From contig CANQCZ010000001.1 in NCBI GenBank assembly GCA_947591215.1, positions 27,399-91,398 of the forward strand: a stretch of DNA of 64,000 bases. Reading direction: 5' to 3'. The notes beneath the pieces are model-generated. The model did no database searches. It was given only the letters and a program-made list of their open reading frames with translations, and was not told where the DNA came from. Position 1 is the stretch's first letter. The number at the start of each line of letters is the position of its first letter. Below, one piece after another: positions 20,580-28,876 of this stretch. The DNA is from an uncultured Bacilli bacterium (GTDB lineage: Bacteria > Bacillota_I > Bacilli_A > RFN20 > CAG-449). A program made the translations under genes and the position numbers.

Positions 20580-20907
20580 ACATCAAAGAGTTGCCAGCTT
20601 AATTCAGAAAAACATTTCAGATATCATTCTTTTTGAAATGAAGAGTCCGTTGATGAAATTAGTATCCGTTAATTATTGTACGGTCACTAACGATTATTCG
20701 TACGCCAAAATTTATGTTTCTCATCTTAAAGAATCCGAGACGGATAAAGTGGTGGAAGTTTTGAATAAAAGCAAAGGTTTAATCAGATCCTTGCTCAGTA
20801 AAAAAATGGATATTTATAAAGTCCCGGAACTTCAATTCTATAAAGATGATACTTATGAAAAAGGTCAAAGAATTGAAGCGATAATCGCAGATATAAATAA
20901 AAAATAA
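20569..20907 (+). CDS. rbfA: Ribosome-binding factor A
   Basis: 112-aa protein directly after infB (overlap). KH-like RbfA-length protein. Confidence 0.8.
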   Translation: MANKHQRVASLIQKNISDIILFEMKSPLMKLVSVNYCTVTNDYSYAKIYVSHLKESETDKVVEVLNKSKGLIRSLLSKKMDIYKVPELQFYKDDTYEKGQRIEAIIADINKK

Positions 20908-20913
20908 ATAATT

Positions 20914-20950
20914 ATAAAAAAAATAGCGATCCATGTGATCGCTATTTTTA
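20914..20950. terminator. Bidirectional rho-independent terminator (end of the infB-rbfA operon and of the convergent ABC gene)
   Basis: AAAAAAA, then ATAGCGATC-CATGT-GATCGCTAT (9-bp stem), then TTTTTA. Confidence 0.8.
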
Positions 20951-20957
20951 TGGATTT

Positions 20958-23459
20958 TTATTCGCTTCTTAAGGCGATTACCGGATCTCTTTTGGCAGCT
21001 ACTCGAGCTGGGAATAAACCAGAGACGATGGTAAGAAGCACTGAAATAACAATCAGTCCTAATCCGTGAAGAGGATTTAAAGCCGCTAAAGAGTCGATTT
21101 CAACTAAACTGTATAATAGAGAATTTATCGGGAACGACAAGAGTAATGTTGCTCCAACACCGATTACCCCGGCTAATAAACCGATGATGAAGGTCTCGGC
21201 ATTGAAAACGCGCGAAATATCTTTTTTGCGAGCACCGATACTTCTTAAAATACCGATCTCTTTAGTCCGTTCTAGAACTGAAATGTAAGTGATGATTCCA
21301 ATCATAATGCTTGAAACAATGAGAGAAATTGAAGTAAAAGCGATAAGTACATAAGATATCGAATTAATCATCGTGTTGATGGAACCGATGAAAATATCCA
21401 TGATATCGGAATAGTAAATTTTTTTAACTTCATCGGTTTGCGCTTCGTTGAAAGCATCAAGATAGGCTTTGATTTCTGCTTTATCATTGAATGACCGCGG
21501 ATATATTGAAACTGAATCGGGTGTGGAAACATTGCCCAATAATGTCAGATTATTTTGATATTGTTCTTCAATACTCACGCTCGTCCCTTGCGCATTGGGA
21601 TATTCTTCAAATTTTGCCCCGGAGAAAATATCGATAGTAGGATTAGCGATTTGATCTTTGACTATTTGTGAATTACGTTGGGTCTCAATCAGTTCTTTAA
21701 TTAGATCTTTATGGTAACCGAGAGTCGAATTCAAGGCTCCAGAAGTGGTGTCTTCTTTGAGTCTCACGATTCCTACAATCTTCAGTTCTTTACCGGAATT
21801 AAAGGTATTTTGATCAATCATCGTCACCCCATCCATCATTTGCATATCTTTGCTTTGATAGTGGTTATCACCTATTTTAGCGTATAAATTATCGTTATCA
21901 ATTAGACGATAGACACCGTTCTTTTTAATATCTTCAAAAGTAAATTTTTGAGTGCGCTCTTCAGGAGCTTTTTGGAATTCTTCGGCTCCGATTAAGCCTA
22001 ATTGGTATAGAGTAACGTCGCTTATTTGATTGTATCGATCGACGATCAAGACTAATTCATCGGATTTTGTCGGCAGATGACCACCGGTATCGGCATCTAA
22101 AATATCATATTGATCTTCGAGAAGTTCACTGCTATCGATAACTTGCCCCCAAACATCACCATAAAGCGATGAGAAAGTCGAAATAAAAGTATTTGAGGAA
22201 CTTTGTAAACCCAAAGAAGTCTCCATTTTCAAACATAGTTCACGGCCCATATAATCGACCTTTTTATAAATGTTTAAAGGGAAATTATAAGTATAATCGA
22301 TAGAATAATAAAGCTTAGGATCAATTTTATTTATTACATTTTCAATGTATTCATTGGTCAATTCATTTTGTTTGGTCAGCAATTCAGTTTGAGTCGAGAC
22401 GCTATTGACATAGATTTCTTTGGCGGTGGGGAATTTCTCGCGATGATTTCCTTCTTGAAGTTGTTTTCTTATCGCGTCGAAATCGATGGTCGCTTTGGAA
22501 ATGGTTATCGGGTAAGCTGAAAGAGTGTCGGCTTGCAACTTATCGACATATCCTTGAAATCCGGAAGATAAAGCCAAAATTAAAGCGATACCGATAATAC
22601 CGATAGAACCGGCAAAAGCGGTAAGAATGGTCCTGGCTTTTTTAGTTAATAAATTTTTAAAAGAGAGCGATAAAGCCGTAAGAAATGACATTGAAGTTTT
22701 GTTTTTAACTTTGATTTCTTTATCTGGTTTCTGATTGCTTTTTTCAAAGAAATGCTTTGCTTGCTCTTTCAATTCCTCTTCAGTCAAAGGGCGAGTGTCA
22801 TCGGTAATATTTCCATCTAAGAAACGAATGATTCTTGAGGAATATTGTTCAGCCAAAGAAGGATTGTGAGTAACCATAATCACTAATTTTTCTTTGCTGA
22901 TTTCTTTTAAAATCTTCATGACTTGATGACTGGTTTCGGTATCTAGAGCACCGGTTGGTTCATCTGCCAAAATAATTTCAGGATTGTTGACGATGGCTCT
23001 TGCAATAGCGACACGTTGCATTTGACCACCGCTCATTTGATTCGGCTTTTTTCGATATAGACCTTTAAGCCCGACTTTGTCAAGCGCTTCTTTAGCGCGA
23101 CGCCGACGTTCTTTTTTGGAAATGCCAGATAGTGTTAACGCCATTTCGACATTGCTTAAAACAGTTTGATGAGATTTTAAATTGTAATTTTGAAATACAA
23201 ATCCGATCGATTGGTTACGATAAGTATCCCAAGAGGAATCTTTATATTCTTTGGTGGAAATACCATTGATAAATAGATCGCCTTCAGTGTATTTGTCAAG
23301 CCCACCGATAATGTTTAAAAGGGTGGTTTTACCACATCCTGAAGGTCCAAGAATAGACACAAATTCACTATCTCTAAACTGCATGCTGATATTGTTTAAG
23401 GCAACTACTTTGGTATCACCGGTTTCATAAACTTTAGTGATATTTTTAAGTTTTAACAT
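20958..23459 (-). CDS. Fused ABC transporter ATPase-permease with a large extracytoplasmic domain (MacB/FtsX-type)
   Basis: N-terminal nucleotide-binding domain (GPSGCGKTT, LSGGQMQRVAIARA, ILADEPTGALD), then a TM helix, a roughly 400-aa extracellular domain and C-terminal FtsX-like 3-4 TM. The likely start is ATG 23459 (MLKLKNITKVY) with RBS AAAGGAGGA. Confidence 0.8.
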   Translation of the reverse strand: MLKLKNITKVYETGDTKVVALNNISMQFRDSEFVSILGPSGCGKTTLLNIIGGLDKYTEGDLFINGISTKEYKDSSWDTYRNQSIGFVFQNYNLKSHQTVLSNVEMALTLSGISKKERRRRAKEALDKVGLKGLYRKKPNQMSGGQMQRVAIARAIVNNPEIILADEPTGALDTETSHQVMKILKEISKEKLVIMVTHNPSLAEQYSSRIIRFLDGNITDDTRPLTEEELKEQAKHFFEKSNQKPDKEIKVKNKTSMSFLTALSLSFKNLLTKKARTILTAFAGSIGIIGIALILALSSGFQGYVDKLQADTLSAYPITISKATIDFDAIRKQLQEGNHREKFPTAKEIYVNSVSTQTELLTKQNELTNEYIENVINKIDPKLYYSIDYTYNFPLNIYKKVDYMGRELCLKMETSLGLQSSSNTFISTFSSLYGDVWGQVIDSSELLEDQYDILDADTGGHLPTKSDELVLIVDRYNQISDVTLYQLGLIGAEEFQKAPEERTQKFTFEDIKKNGVYRLIDNDNLYAKIGDNHYQSKDMQMMDGVTMIDQNTFNSGKELKIVGIVRLKEDTTSGALNSTLGYHKDLIKELIETQRNSQIVKDQIANPTIDIFSGAKFEEYPNAQGTSVSIEEQYQNNLTLLGNVSTPDSVSIYPRSFNDKAEIKAYLDAFNEAQTDEVKKIYYSDIMDIFIGSINTMINSISYVLIAFTSISLIVSSIMIGIITYISVLERTKEIGILRSIGARKKDISRVFNAETFIIGLLAGVIGVGATLLLSFPINSLLYSLVEIDSLAALNPLHGLGLIVISVLLTIVSGLFPARVAAKRDPVIALRSE

Positions 23460-23472
23460 AAATCCTCCTTTC

Positions 23473-24291
23473 TTAGATGACAGAGCATCCATTTAATATT
23501 TTTTTAAGAACGTAAGCGACTCCATCTTCATCGTTAGTAAATTCACTAACTACATCTGCTTTGAGTTTTATATCGTCTTCGGCATTTTTCATGGCAATTC
23601 CGATTCCAAAATGTTCGATCATCTCTAAATCGTTTGAAGCATCACCGATAGTGATGACTTGTTGTTTTGGAATATTATAGTATGTCGCAATTTTTTGTAA
23701 AGCATTAGCTTTATTTGTCGATTCAAAGTAAATTTCCGAGAAACAATTCCAATCTCCAGACCAAAAGCGACATTTCAATCCCTGATGTGATTCGATGGCT
23801 TTTTGAATAATATCGTTATATTTTAAATCGACTGTTTGAATAATCATCGTCATCGGATCTTGATTTAAGGTTTCTTCAATTTCACCATAGATTACGTTCA
23901 TTCCGTCATGAATAAAAAAGTCATTAAGGAATTCATCTTCTTGAATCAACCAAATTTCATGATTGGTCTCACACATCACATTGACGATTTTATCGCGTCC
24001 GATATCTTTTATGATCTCTTTAATAATATGACGAGGAAAGCTTAAGGCGTAACTGGAAAATTTGGGATCTTGAGAATGAATATAAGCACCATTATAACAA
24101 ATTACGGGAGTATTTAAATCCAACATTTCATAATATTTTTTGATAGCTCTAAAAGGACGTCCGGAAGCGATGACGATTATGTGTCCTTGACGTTGAAGAT
24201 CTTTTATAGTTTCGATAGTGTGCGCGGATATGGTTTTATCGCTTTTCAATAAAGTACCATCCATATCGATTGCAATAAGATATTGATTCAT
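23473..24291 (-). CDS. HAD-superfamily Cof-type phosphatase
   Basis: IAIDMDGTLL (motif I), ...GDASNDLEM (motif IV). RBS GGAGGA upstream. Co-oriented with, and 13 nt from, the ABC gene. Confidence 0.8.
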   Translation of the reverse strand: MNQYLIAIDMDGTLLKSDKTISAHTIETIKDLQRQGHIIVIASGRPFRAIKKYYEMLDLNTPVICYNGAYIHSQDPKFSSYALSFPRHIIKEIIKDIGRDKIVNVMCETNHEIWLIQEDEFLNDFFIHDGMNVIYGEIEETLNQDPMTMIIQTVDLKYNDIIQKAIESHQGLKCRFWSGDWNCFSEIYFESTNKANALQKIATYYNIPKQQVITIGDASNDLEMIEHFGIGIAMKNAEDDIKLKADVVSEFTNDEDGVAYVLKKILNGCSVI

Positions 24292-24349
24292 TGAATCCTC
24301 CGTATCATAAAACTGTATGACTATTTGTAGAATAATAATGGTGATAGAG

Positions 24350-24595
24350 ATGTTTTATCGCATTTTAATCTTTTGTTTAGGATTGTTTTCAGTAGTGATG
24401 GGAATCACATTTTGTGTCATCTATTGCGGTTTGTTTAACCTCGGTTTTGATTTGAATATGTATTTCACTTTCATATTCTATCATTTTGAACCCTATTTAA
24501 TACCGATAGGAATCATTCTTCTGATTTTTTCTTTAGGGTTTGATAATCTTTGGTCAAGTTTTATAAAACGCCGTAAAGACCGATGGCACGCTTGA
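24350..24595 (+). CDS. Possible small hydrophobic protein (about 82 aa, 2-3 TM); weak call
   Basis: ORF with a weak GGTGA RBS. Its 3' end overlaps the convergent trpS by 35 nt, and its composition is low-complexity and hydrophobic. Confidence 0.2.
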   Translation: MFYRILIFCLGLFSVVMGITFCVIYCGLFNLGFDLNMYFTFIFYHFEPYLIPIGIILLIFSLGFDNLWSSFIKRRKDRWHA

Positions 24596-25547
24596 CATCG
24601 TTTAAAGTTTTCGAAGATAGTTCCCTTGCCTTAATGGCACCGAATTTAAGCACTTTATCGATGAGATCGCTATTGATGATTTCGTAATAGCGTTTTTGAA
24701 ATGCTCCTAAAATATCGACGGTAACATCCGCGACGGCTTTTTTGAAGGTGCCATAATTAGCACCGACAAATTCTTTCTCGGCTTCTTCAATGGAAATTTC
24801 TTTTAAAGAAGCGTAGATCGTCAAAAGGTTAGAAATACCGGGCTTGTTTTCTCGATCAAAGTTTACTTCACAACCGGTATCTGTTTTAGCTTGCATGATT
24901 TTTTTACGAATGACCGCTAAATCGTCCTTTAAGAAAATGTCGCCTTTAGGATCGGATTTGGACATTTTTTTAGTAGGATCGCTCAAGGACATAATTCGAG
25001 CGCCGACTTTAGAAATCACCGGTTCAGGTTTGACTAATATTTCACCATAAATGTGATTGAAACGTTCGACGATATCGCGAGTTAACTCGACATGTTGCTT
25101 TTGATCTTCGCCAACCGGAATCTTTTTGGCTTGATATAAGACGATATCGCTAGCCATCAAAACTGGATAAGTGAATAAACCAAGACCGATGTTTTTTTCG
25201 TTCAACGACCGCGATTTATCTTTAAATTGCGTCATTCTCGATAATTCGCCCATATGAACATAATTTCCTAAAATGGTCGCTAGTTCAGCGTGAGCGGGAA
25301 CCTGCGATTGCAAAAAAATCGTGCATTTTTCAGGGTCTAACCCGGCAGCAAGATAAAAGGCACAAATATCGCGAGTATTAGTGTATAAAACTTGAGGATC
25401 AATCGGCAAGGTTAAAGCGTGATAATCGGCGATAAAAATCAAAACATCGTTATCTTCTTGATACTTCGGAAAGTTCTTTAAAGCTCCGATATAGTTGCCT
25501 AATGTTAACTGTCCCGTAGGTTTAATAGCACTTAAAACTTTATCCAT
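24561..25547 (-). CDS. trpS: Tryptophan--tRNA ligase
   Basis: Class I motifs: the HIGH-equivalent TGQLTLGNYIGA and KMSKS. RBS AAAGGA is 8 nt upstream. Confidence 0.9.
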   Translation of the reverse strand: MDKVLSAIKPTGQLTLGNYIGALKNFPKYQEDNDVLIFIADYHALTLPIDPQVLYTNTRDICAFYLAAGLDPEKCTIFLQSQVPAHAELATILGNYVHMGELSRMTQFKDKSRSLNEKNIGLGLFTYPVLMASDIVLYQAKKIPVGEDQKQHVELTRDIVERFNHIYGEILVKPEPVISKVGARIMSLSDPTKKMSKSDPKGDIFLKDDLAVIRKKIMQAKTDTGCEVNFDRENKPGISNLLTIYASLKEISIEEAEKEFVGANYGTFKKAVADVTVDILGAFQKRYYEIINSDLIDKVLKFGAIKARELSSKTLNDVKRAIGLYGVL

Positions 25548-25652
25548 AAATGTAATCCTTTCATCATGCTTAGTATTTTAAAATAATTGATATGTATTTT
25601 CAATAAATCAATGTACTTTATAAGATGAATTTATCAATTAATTTATTTTCTT

Positions 25653-25672
25653 CTAGATGTTAACACATCTAG
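25653..25672. promoter_or_regulatory. Perfect 20-bp palindrome CTAGATGTTAACACATCTAG in the divergent trpS/spx-like intergenic region (candidate operator)
   Basis: Its reverse complement equals itself. It lies between a TTGAAA-17-TAAAAT promoter for trpS (minus strand) and the RBS of the spx-like gene. Neither gene ends here, so it is not a terminator. Confidence 0.45.
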
Positions 25673-25704
25673 TATTTTACAATATAGGTAGAGGTTGATA
25701 TTAA

Positions 25705-26139
25705 ATGCTTAAGATTTTTATTTCTCCATCATGCTCATCGTGTCGTAAAGTCAAACAATGGTTAGACGAACAAAAAATCAGTTATCAAGAACGCAATATA
25801 TTTTCAAGTGCCTTGAACGAGAAAGAGTTAAAAGATATTTTATATAAATCTGAAAATGGCACTGAAGATATCATTTCGACAAGAAGTAAAGTTTGTCGTG
25901 AAAAAAATATCGATTTTGATGAAATGACTATTTCTGAATTAATCGAATTTATTAAATCAAACCCCTCAATATTAAAACGCCCGATCATCGTTGATGATAG
26001 GCGCATTCAAGTTGGATATGATGAAGAAGAAATCCGTAGCTTTATTCCAGAAGCAAGGCGGATTGCAAAAATCAATTGTTCTAGAGAAAATTGTCCGACC
26101 TACGATGTGTGTGAACATCGTAAAATCAGCGAAGAATAA
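25705..26139 (+). CDS. spx: Spx/ArsC-family redox-sensitive transcriptional regulator with a Cys-rich C-terminal extension
   Basis: N-terminal CxxC (SPSCSSCRK) typical of Spx. At 144 aa it carries an extra tail NCSRENCPTYDVCEH. Confidence 0.7.
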   Translation: MLKIFISPSCSSCRKVKQWLDEQKISYQERNIFSSALNEKELKDILYKSENGTEDIISTRSKVCREKNIDFDEMTISELIEFIKSNPSILKRPIIVDDRRIQVGYDEEEIRSFIPEARRIAKINCSRENCPTYDVCEHRKISEE

Positions 26140-26718
26140 TTATTTTTTCAAAGCATCGATCGCACGAGCTTGCTTAGAAACACGATTAAAAGTAAATTCT
26201 TTAATTCCGATTTCATTAAGCAATTCTTTAATTAATTCTTCGGCGCCGGCCATCGAGGTATGTTCCATTTCTAGTTCATAATCGACTTGGTTCGAATAAG
26301 CATTGCGATCTAGTGAGAGAAGACCATCTTTGTAATTCAATTCGATTCTTTCGGTTTGTAATGAAGCGATGATTTTTAATTGATCGACAGCGATTCCTAA
26401 AATTTCAAGGAAGTTTTTAATCGGTCCTTCAGGAAATACACCTCGTTTATCAAGAGCGTCGTATTCTCTCCATGAAATCGTTTGATTTTTTTCAAGTAGT
26501 CCTTCACTCAACGGAGTTTTTAACGTTAAATTAAATTCTTCATTTTCGCGAATCCGTAAGGCGATGCCGTTCTTCTTTAAAATGCGTGATTCACTGTCGA
26601 TGTAGAAATTGGTTTGCCGTACACGACGATAACGTTCGAGATGCAAATGGTTGATAACTTTTTCGTAATCCTCTTCCGAAAGTAAAACTTTTGCTTCAAT
26701 CTCAATATTAGAACTCAT
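26140..26718 (-). CDS. CYTH-domain protein (triphosphate tunnel metalloenzyme, YjbK-like)
   Basis: EIEAKVLL ExExK motif at the N-terminus and a 192-aa length. The spx-CYTH-nadK neighbourhood mirrors the B. subtilis yjb region. Confidence 0.7.
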   Translation of the reverse strand: MSSNIEIEAKVLLSEEDYEKVINHLHLERYRRVRQTNFYIDSESRILKKNGIALRIRENEEFNLTLKTPLSEGLLEKNQTISWREYDALDKRGVFPEGPIKNFLEILGIAVDQLKIIASLQTERIELNYKDGLLSLDRNAYSNQVDYELEMEHTSMAGAEELIKELLNEIGIKEFTFNRVSKQARAIDALKK

Positions 26719-26801
26719 AATGATTCTCCTTGTTTTTATTTATAATTTATCCGCTACTATGATACAATATTTATGCTAATTTTGCTAGAAGGAGATTGCG
26801 T

Positions 26802-27578
26802 ATGCGATATTTTATCTTTAGTAAAAACGATAAGCGTTCATCGGAAACAAAAAAAATTTTGAATGATAATCTTTTAAAATTGGAATTTGAAGAAGATGAA
26901 AACAATCCCGAAGTTGTATTTACTATCGGTGGCGATGGGACGATTTTAAGAGCAATTCATAAATATATTAATAAATTGGAACAAGTATCTTTTGTTGGCA
27001 TTCATAGTGGAAAGCTCGGCTTCTATTGCGACTATACAATCGACGAAATCGATGCTCTGGTCGATGATTTAAAACGACAAGATTATAAAATCGAAAAGAT
27101 CCATTTGCTTCAAGCACAAGTGGAAAATGAGATTTATTACGGACTTAACGAAATTCGAATTGAAAGTCCTTTTACAACATTTAGATGCCTTATTAAAATC
27201 GATAATCAAAACTTTGAACATTTTAGAGGCAATGGATTAAACTTTGCTACGACCTTCGGTTCAACGGCTTACAATCGATCATTGGGTGGTCCGGTCATTG
27301 AAAATAACCTTGAATGCATCGTGATGCAAGAAGTCGCGGGAATTAATCATAATATCTATCATTCGCTTAATTCACCTTTAGTGCTCGAAAAATCGCATCA
27401 AATTACACTAGAAGGTTCTTTCAAAAGAGCGGTTATCGGTTTTGATCATCGCTATCATGAATTAGATGATAGCGTCAATTCGATGACGATTTCATTAAGT
27501 GAACGATGTGTTCAGTTTATTAGGATACGCCAAGTTGCTTATTTTGAAAGACTTAAGCGTTCATTTATTACGGATTAG
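26802..27578 (+). CDS. nadK: NAD kinase
   Basis: GGDGT motif (VVFTIGGDGTILRA) and NE/DG regions. RBS AAGGAGA is 6 nt before ATG 26802. Confidence 0.85.
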   Translation: MRYFIFSKNDKRSSETKKILNDNLLKLEFEEDENNPEVVFTIGGDGTILRAIHKYINKLEQVSFVGIHSGKLGFYCDYTIDEIDALVDDLKRQDYKIEKIHLLQAQVENEIYYGLNEIRIESPFTTFRCLIKIDNQNFEHFRGNGLNFATTFGSTAYNRSLGGPVIENNLECIVMQEVAGINHNIYHSLNSPLVLEKSHQITLEGSFKRAVIGFDHRYHELDDSVNSMTISLSERCVQFIRIRQVAYFERLKRSFITD

Positions 27579-27587
27579 GAGAAATTT

Positions 27588-27923
27588 ATGGAAATTTACT
27601 ATTATATTTTTGGTGTCTTATTAACGGCAATCATCCTCGGTTGTTGTATCTTTTTGGTAATCAGAAGCAAAAAGAAAACGGAAGTTAAAGAGCAAGCTAA
27701 TCTTTATGTAGAATTTCTGAAACTACTTGGTGGTCAAGATAATATCGTCGAAGTTGAAGCCAAAGGTTCTAGGTTGAATCTGGTGTTGAAAGATTACTCG
27801 TTAATGGATGAAAAAAAATTAAAGGAACTCGGAGTCTCTTCAATCATTAAAATGACCAAAAAAGTGACATTAGTTGTCGGAAATATGGCTGAAGAACTCG
27901 CTTGTAAATTGAAAACAAAATAA
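27588..27923 (+). CDS. Membrane-anchored protein with a PTS-EIIB-like domain that lacks the phospho-Cys
   Basis: N-terminal TM helix, then LLGGQDNIVEVEAKGSRLNLVLKD. This resembles the glucose-family EIIB motif (LGGKENI...C.TRLR), but the Cys position is Gly/Ser. Confidence 0.55.
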   Translation: MEIYYYIFGVLLTAIILGCCIFLVIRSKKKTEVKEQANLYVEFLKLLGGQDNIVEVEAKGSRLNLVLKDYSLMDEKKLKELGVSSIIKMTKKVTLVVGNMAEELACKLKTK

Positions 27924-27950
27924 AAATTTCATCGTGAGATGAAATTTTTT
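27922..27950. terminator. Bidirectional terminator between convergent genes
   Basis: AAATTTCATC-GTGA-GATGAAATTT 10-bp stem flanked by A/T runs. Confidence 0.75.
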
Positions 27951-28290
27951 AATTTTGGGGAGTCGTTTGATACATCGGTCCGGCTGGAGTGACACTGTTG
28001 ATATAAGTTGGTGGATAATATGTATTGTTTACCGGATAAGGGTAAGGTGGATATGGCTGATAATAAATCGGTTGTTGATATGGATATGGTTGAGGACCAC
28101 CATAGTAATTTCCGCCACCTTTAGGTGGAGCAAATAAACCGCCGATTAAAAGACCACCGACAAAAGGCAATAAAATTCCTCCGACTCGATTAGTTGAATT
28201 CTCGGTAGTAGTCATCGGATATGTAGAACGATAGAAATAATTATTCATTTCTTCGCTTGACCATGGATAACGATAGAAATTCTGGGTCAT
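27949..28290 (-). CDS. Small Pro/Tyr/Gly-rich membrane-anchored protein
   Basis: One TM segment (GGILLPFVGGLLIGGLF), then low-complexity YPYQQPIYYQPYPPYPYP. Its AGGAGG RBS lies inside the upstream terminator hairpin. Confidence 0.5.
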   Translation of the reverse strand: MTQNFYRYPWSSEEMNNYFYRSTYPMTTTENSTNRVGGILLPFVGGLLIGGLFAPPKGGGNYYGGPQPYPYQQPIYYQPYPPYPYPVNNTYYPPTYINSVTPAGPMYQTTPQN

Positions 28291-28320
28291 ATAAAAACCT
28301 CCTAGACTTAGTCTATGAGG
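28291..28320 (-). terminator. Rho-independent terminator of the rnj-maf operon; its 3' arm contains the RBS (AGGAGG) of the downstream small gene
   Basis: On the minus strand: CCUCAUAGAC-UAA-GUCUAGGAGG (9 bp plus 1 mismatch), then UUUUUAU, then AUG. Confidence 0.6.
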
Positions 28321-28324
28321 TTTT

Positions 28325-28876
28325 TTAGGCGTTTTTTAGGCGAATACCTATTTTAAGTAAATCTTCTTTAAGTTCTTCAAGCGGAAGGCCGACAACATTG
28401 GTGTAACTACCTTCAATTTTGGCAATTAAGTTAAATCCGTCTTGAATTCCGTAAGCGCCGGCTTTATCAAGAGGAGATCCGGTAGCGACATATTCATCAA
28501 TTAAAGATTGAGATAATGAGTTGAAATAAACATCGGTTACGACCTTTTTAGTAATCTGTATTTTAGACTCTTCACACAAGATCGTATAGTAAGTAATTAC
28601 TTGATGCTTTCGTGATGATAAAGTATTTAAAATTCTTTTAGCATCCTCATTGTCCTTGGGTTTTCCAATCGCTTGATTATCAAGTATCACGATAGTATCG
28701 GCGGCAATGATTAAATCGTGAGGATGGTTATGAGCAATTTTTTGCGCCTTTAAAAGCGATAACTTATCTAAAGGTAAACCATTTTCATCGATCAAAGAGG
28801 GAATCACTTCAAATTCATCGATTAATTCCTTTAATAATTGATACCTTCGCGGCGATTTAGAGGCTAAGATAATCAT
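28325..28876 (-). CDS. maf: Maf-family nucleoside triphosphate pyrophosphatase
   Basis: MIILASKSPRRYQLL N-terminus and a length of about 185 aa. Overlaps the rnj stop. Confidence 0.8.
   Translation of the reverse strand: MIILASKSPRRYQLLKELIDEFEVIPSLIDENGLPLDKLSLLKAQKIAHNHPHDLIIAADTIVILDNQAIGKPKDNEDAKRILNTLSSRKHQVITYYTILCEESKIQITKKVVTDVYFNSLSQSLIDEYVATGSPLDKAGAYGIQDGFNLIAKIEGSYTNVVGLPLEELKEDLLKIGIRLKNA

Noticed and set aside
25548-25704. T-box riboswitch upstream of trpS
   Set aside because: A good sigma-A promoter lies about 30 nt from the start codon. The leader is far too short, and there is no AATTAGGGTGGTACCGCG-like T-box sequence.
28313-28337. Tandem direct repeat TTTTTTAGGCG x2 at the maf stop
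   Set aside because: Only two short units. Most simply a local duplication overlapping the last codons; no evidence of function.
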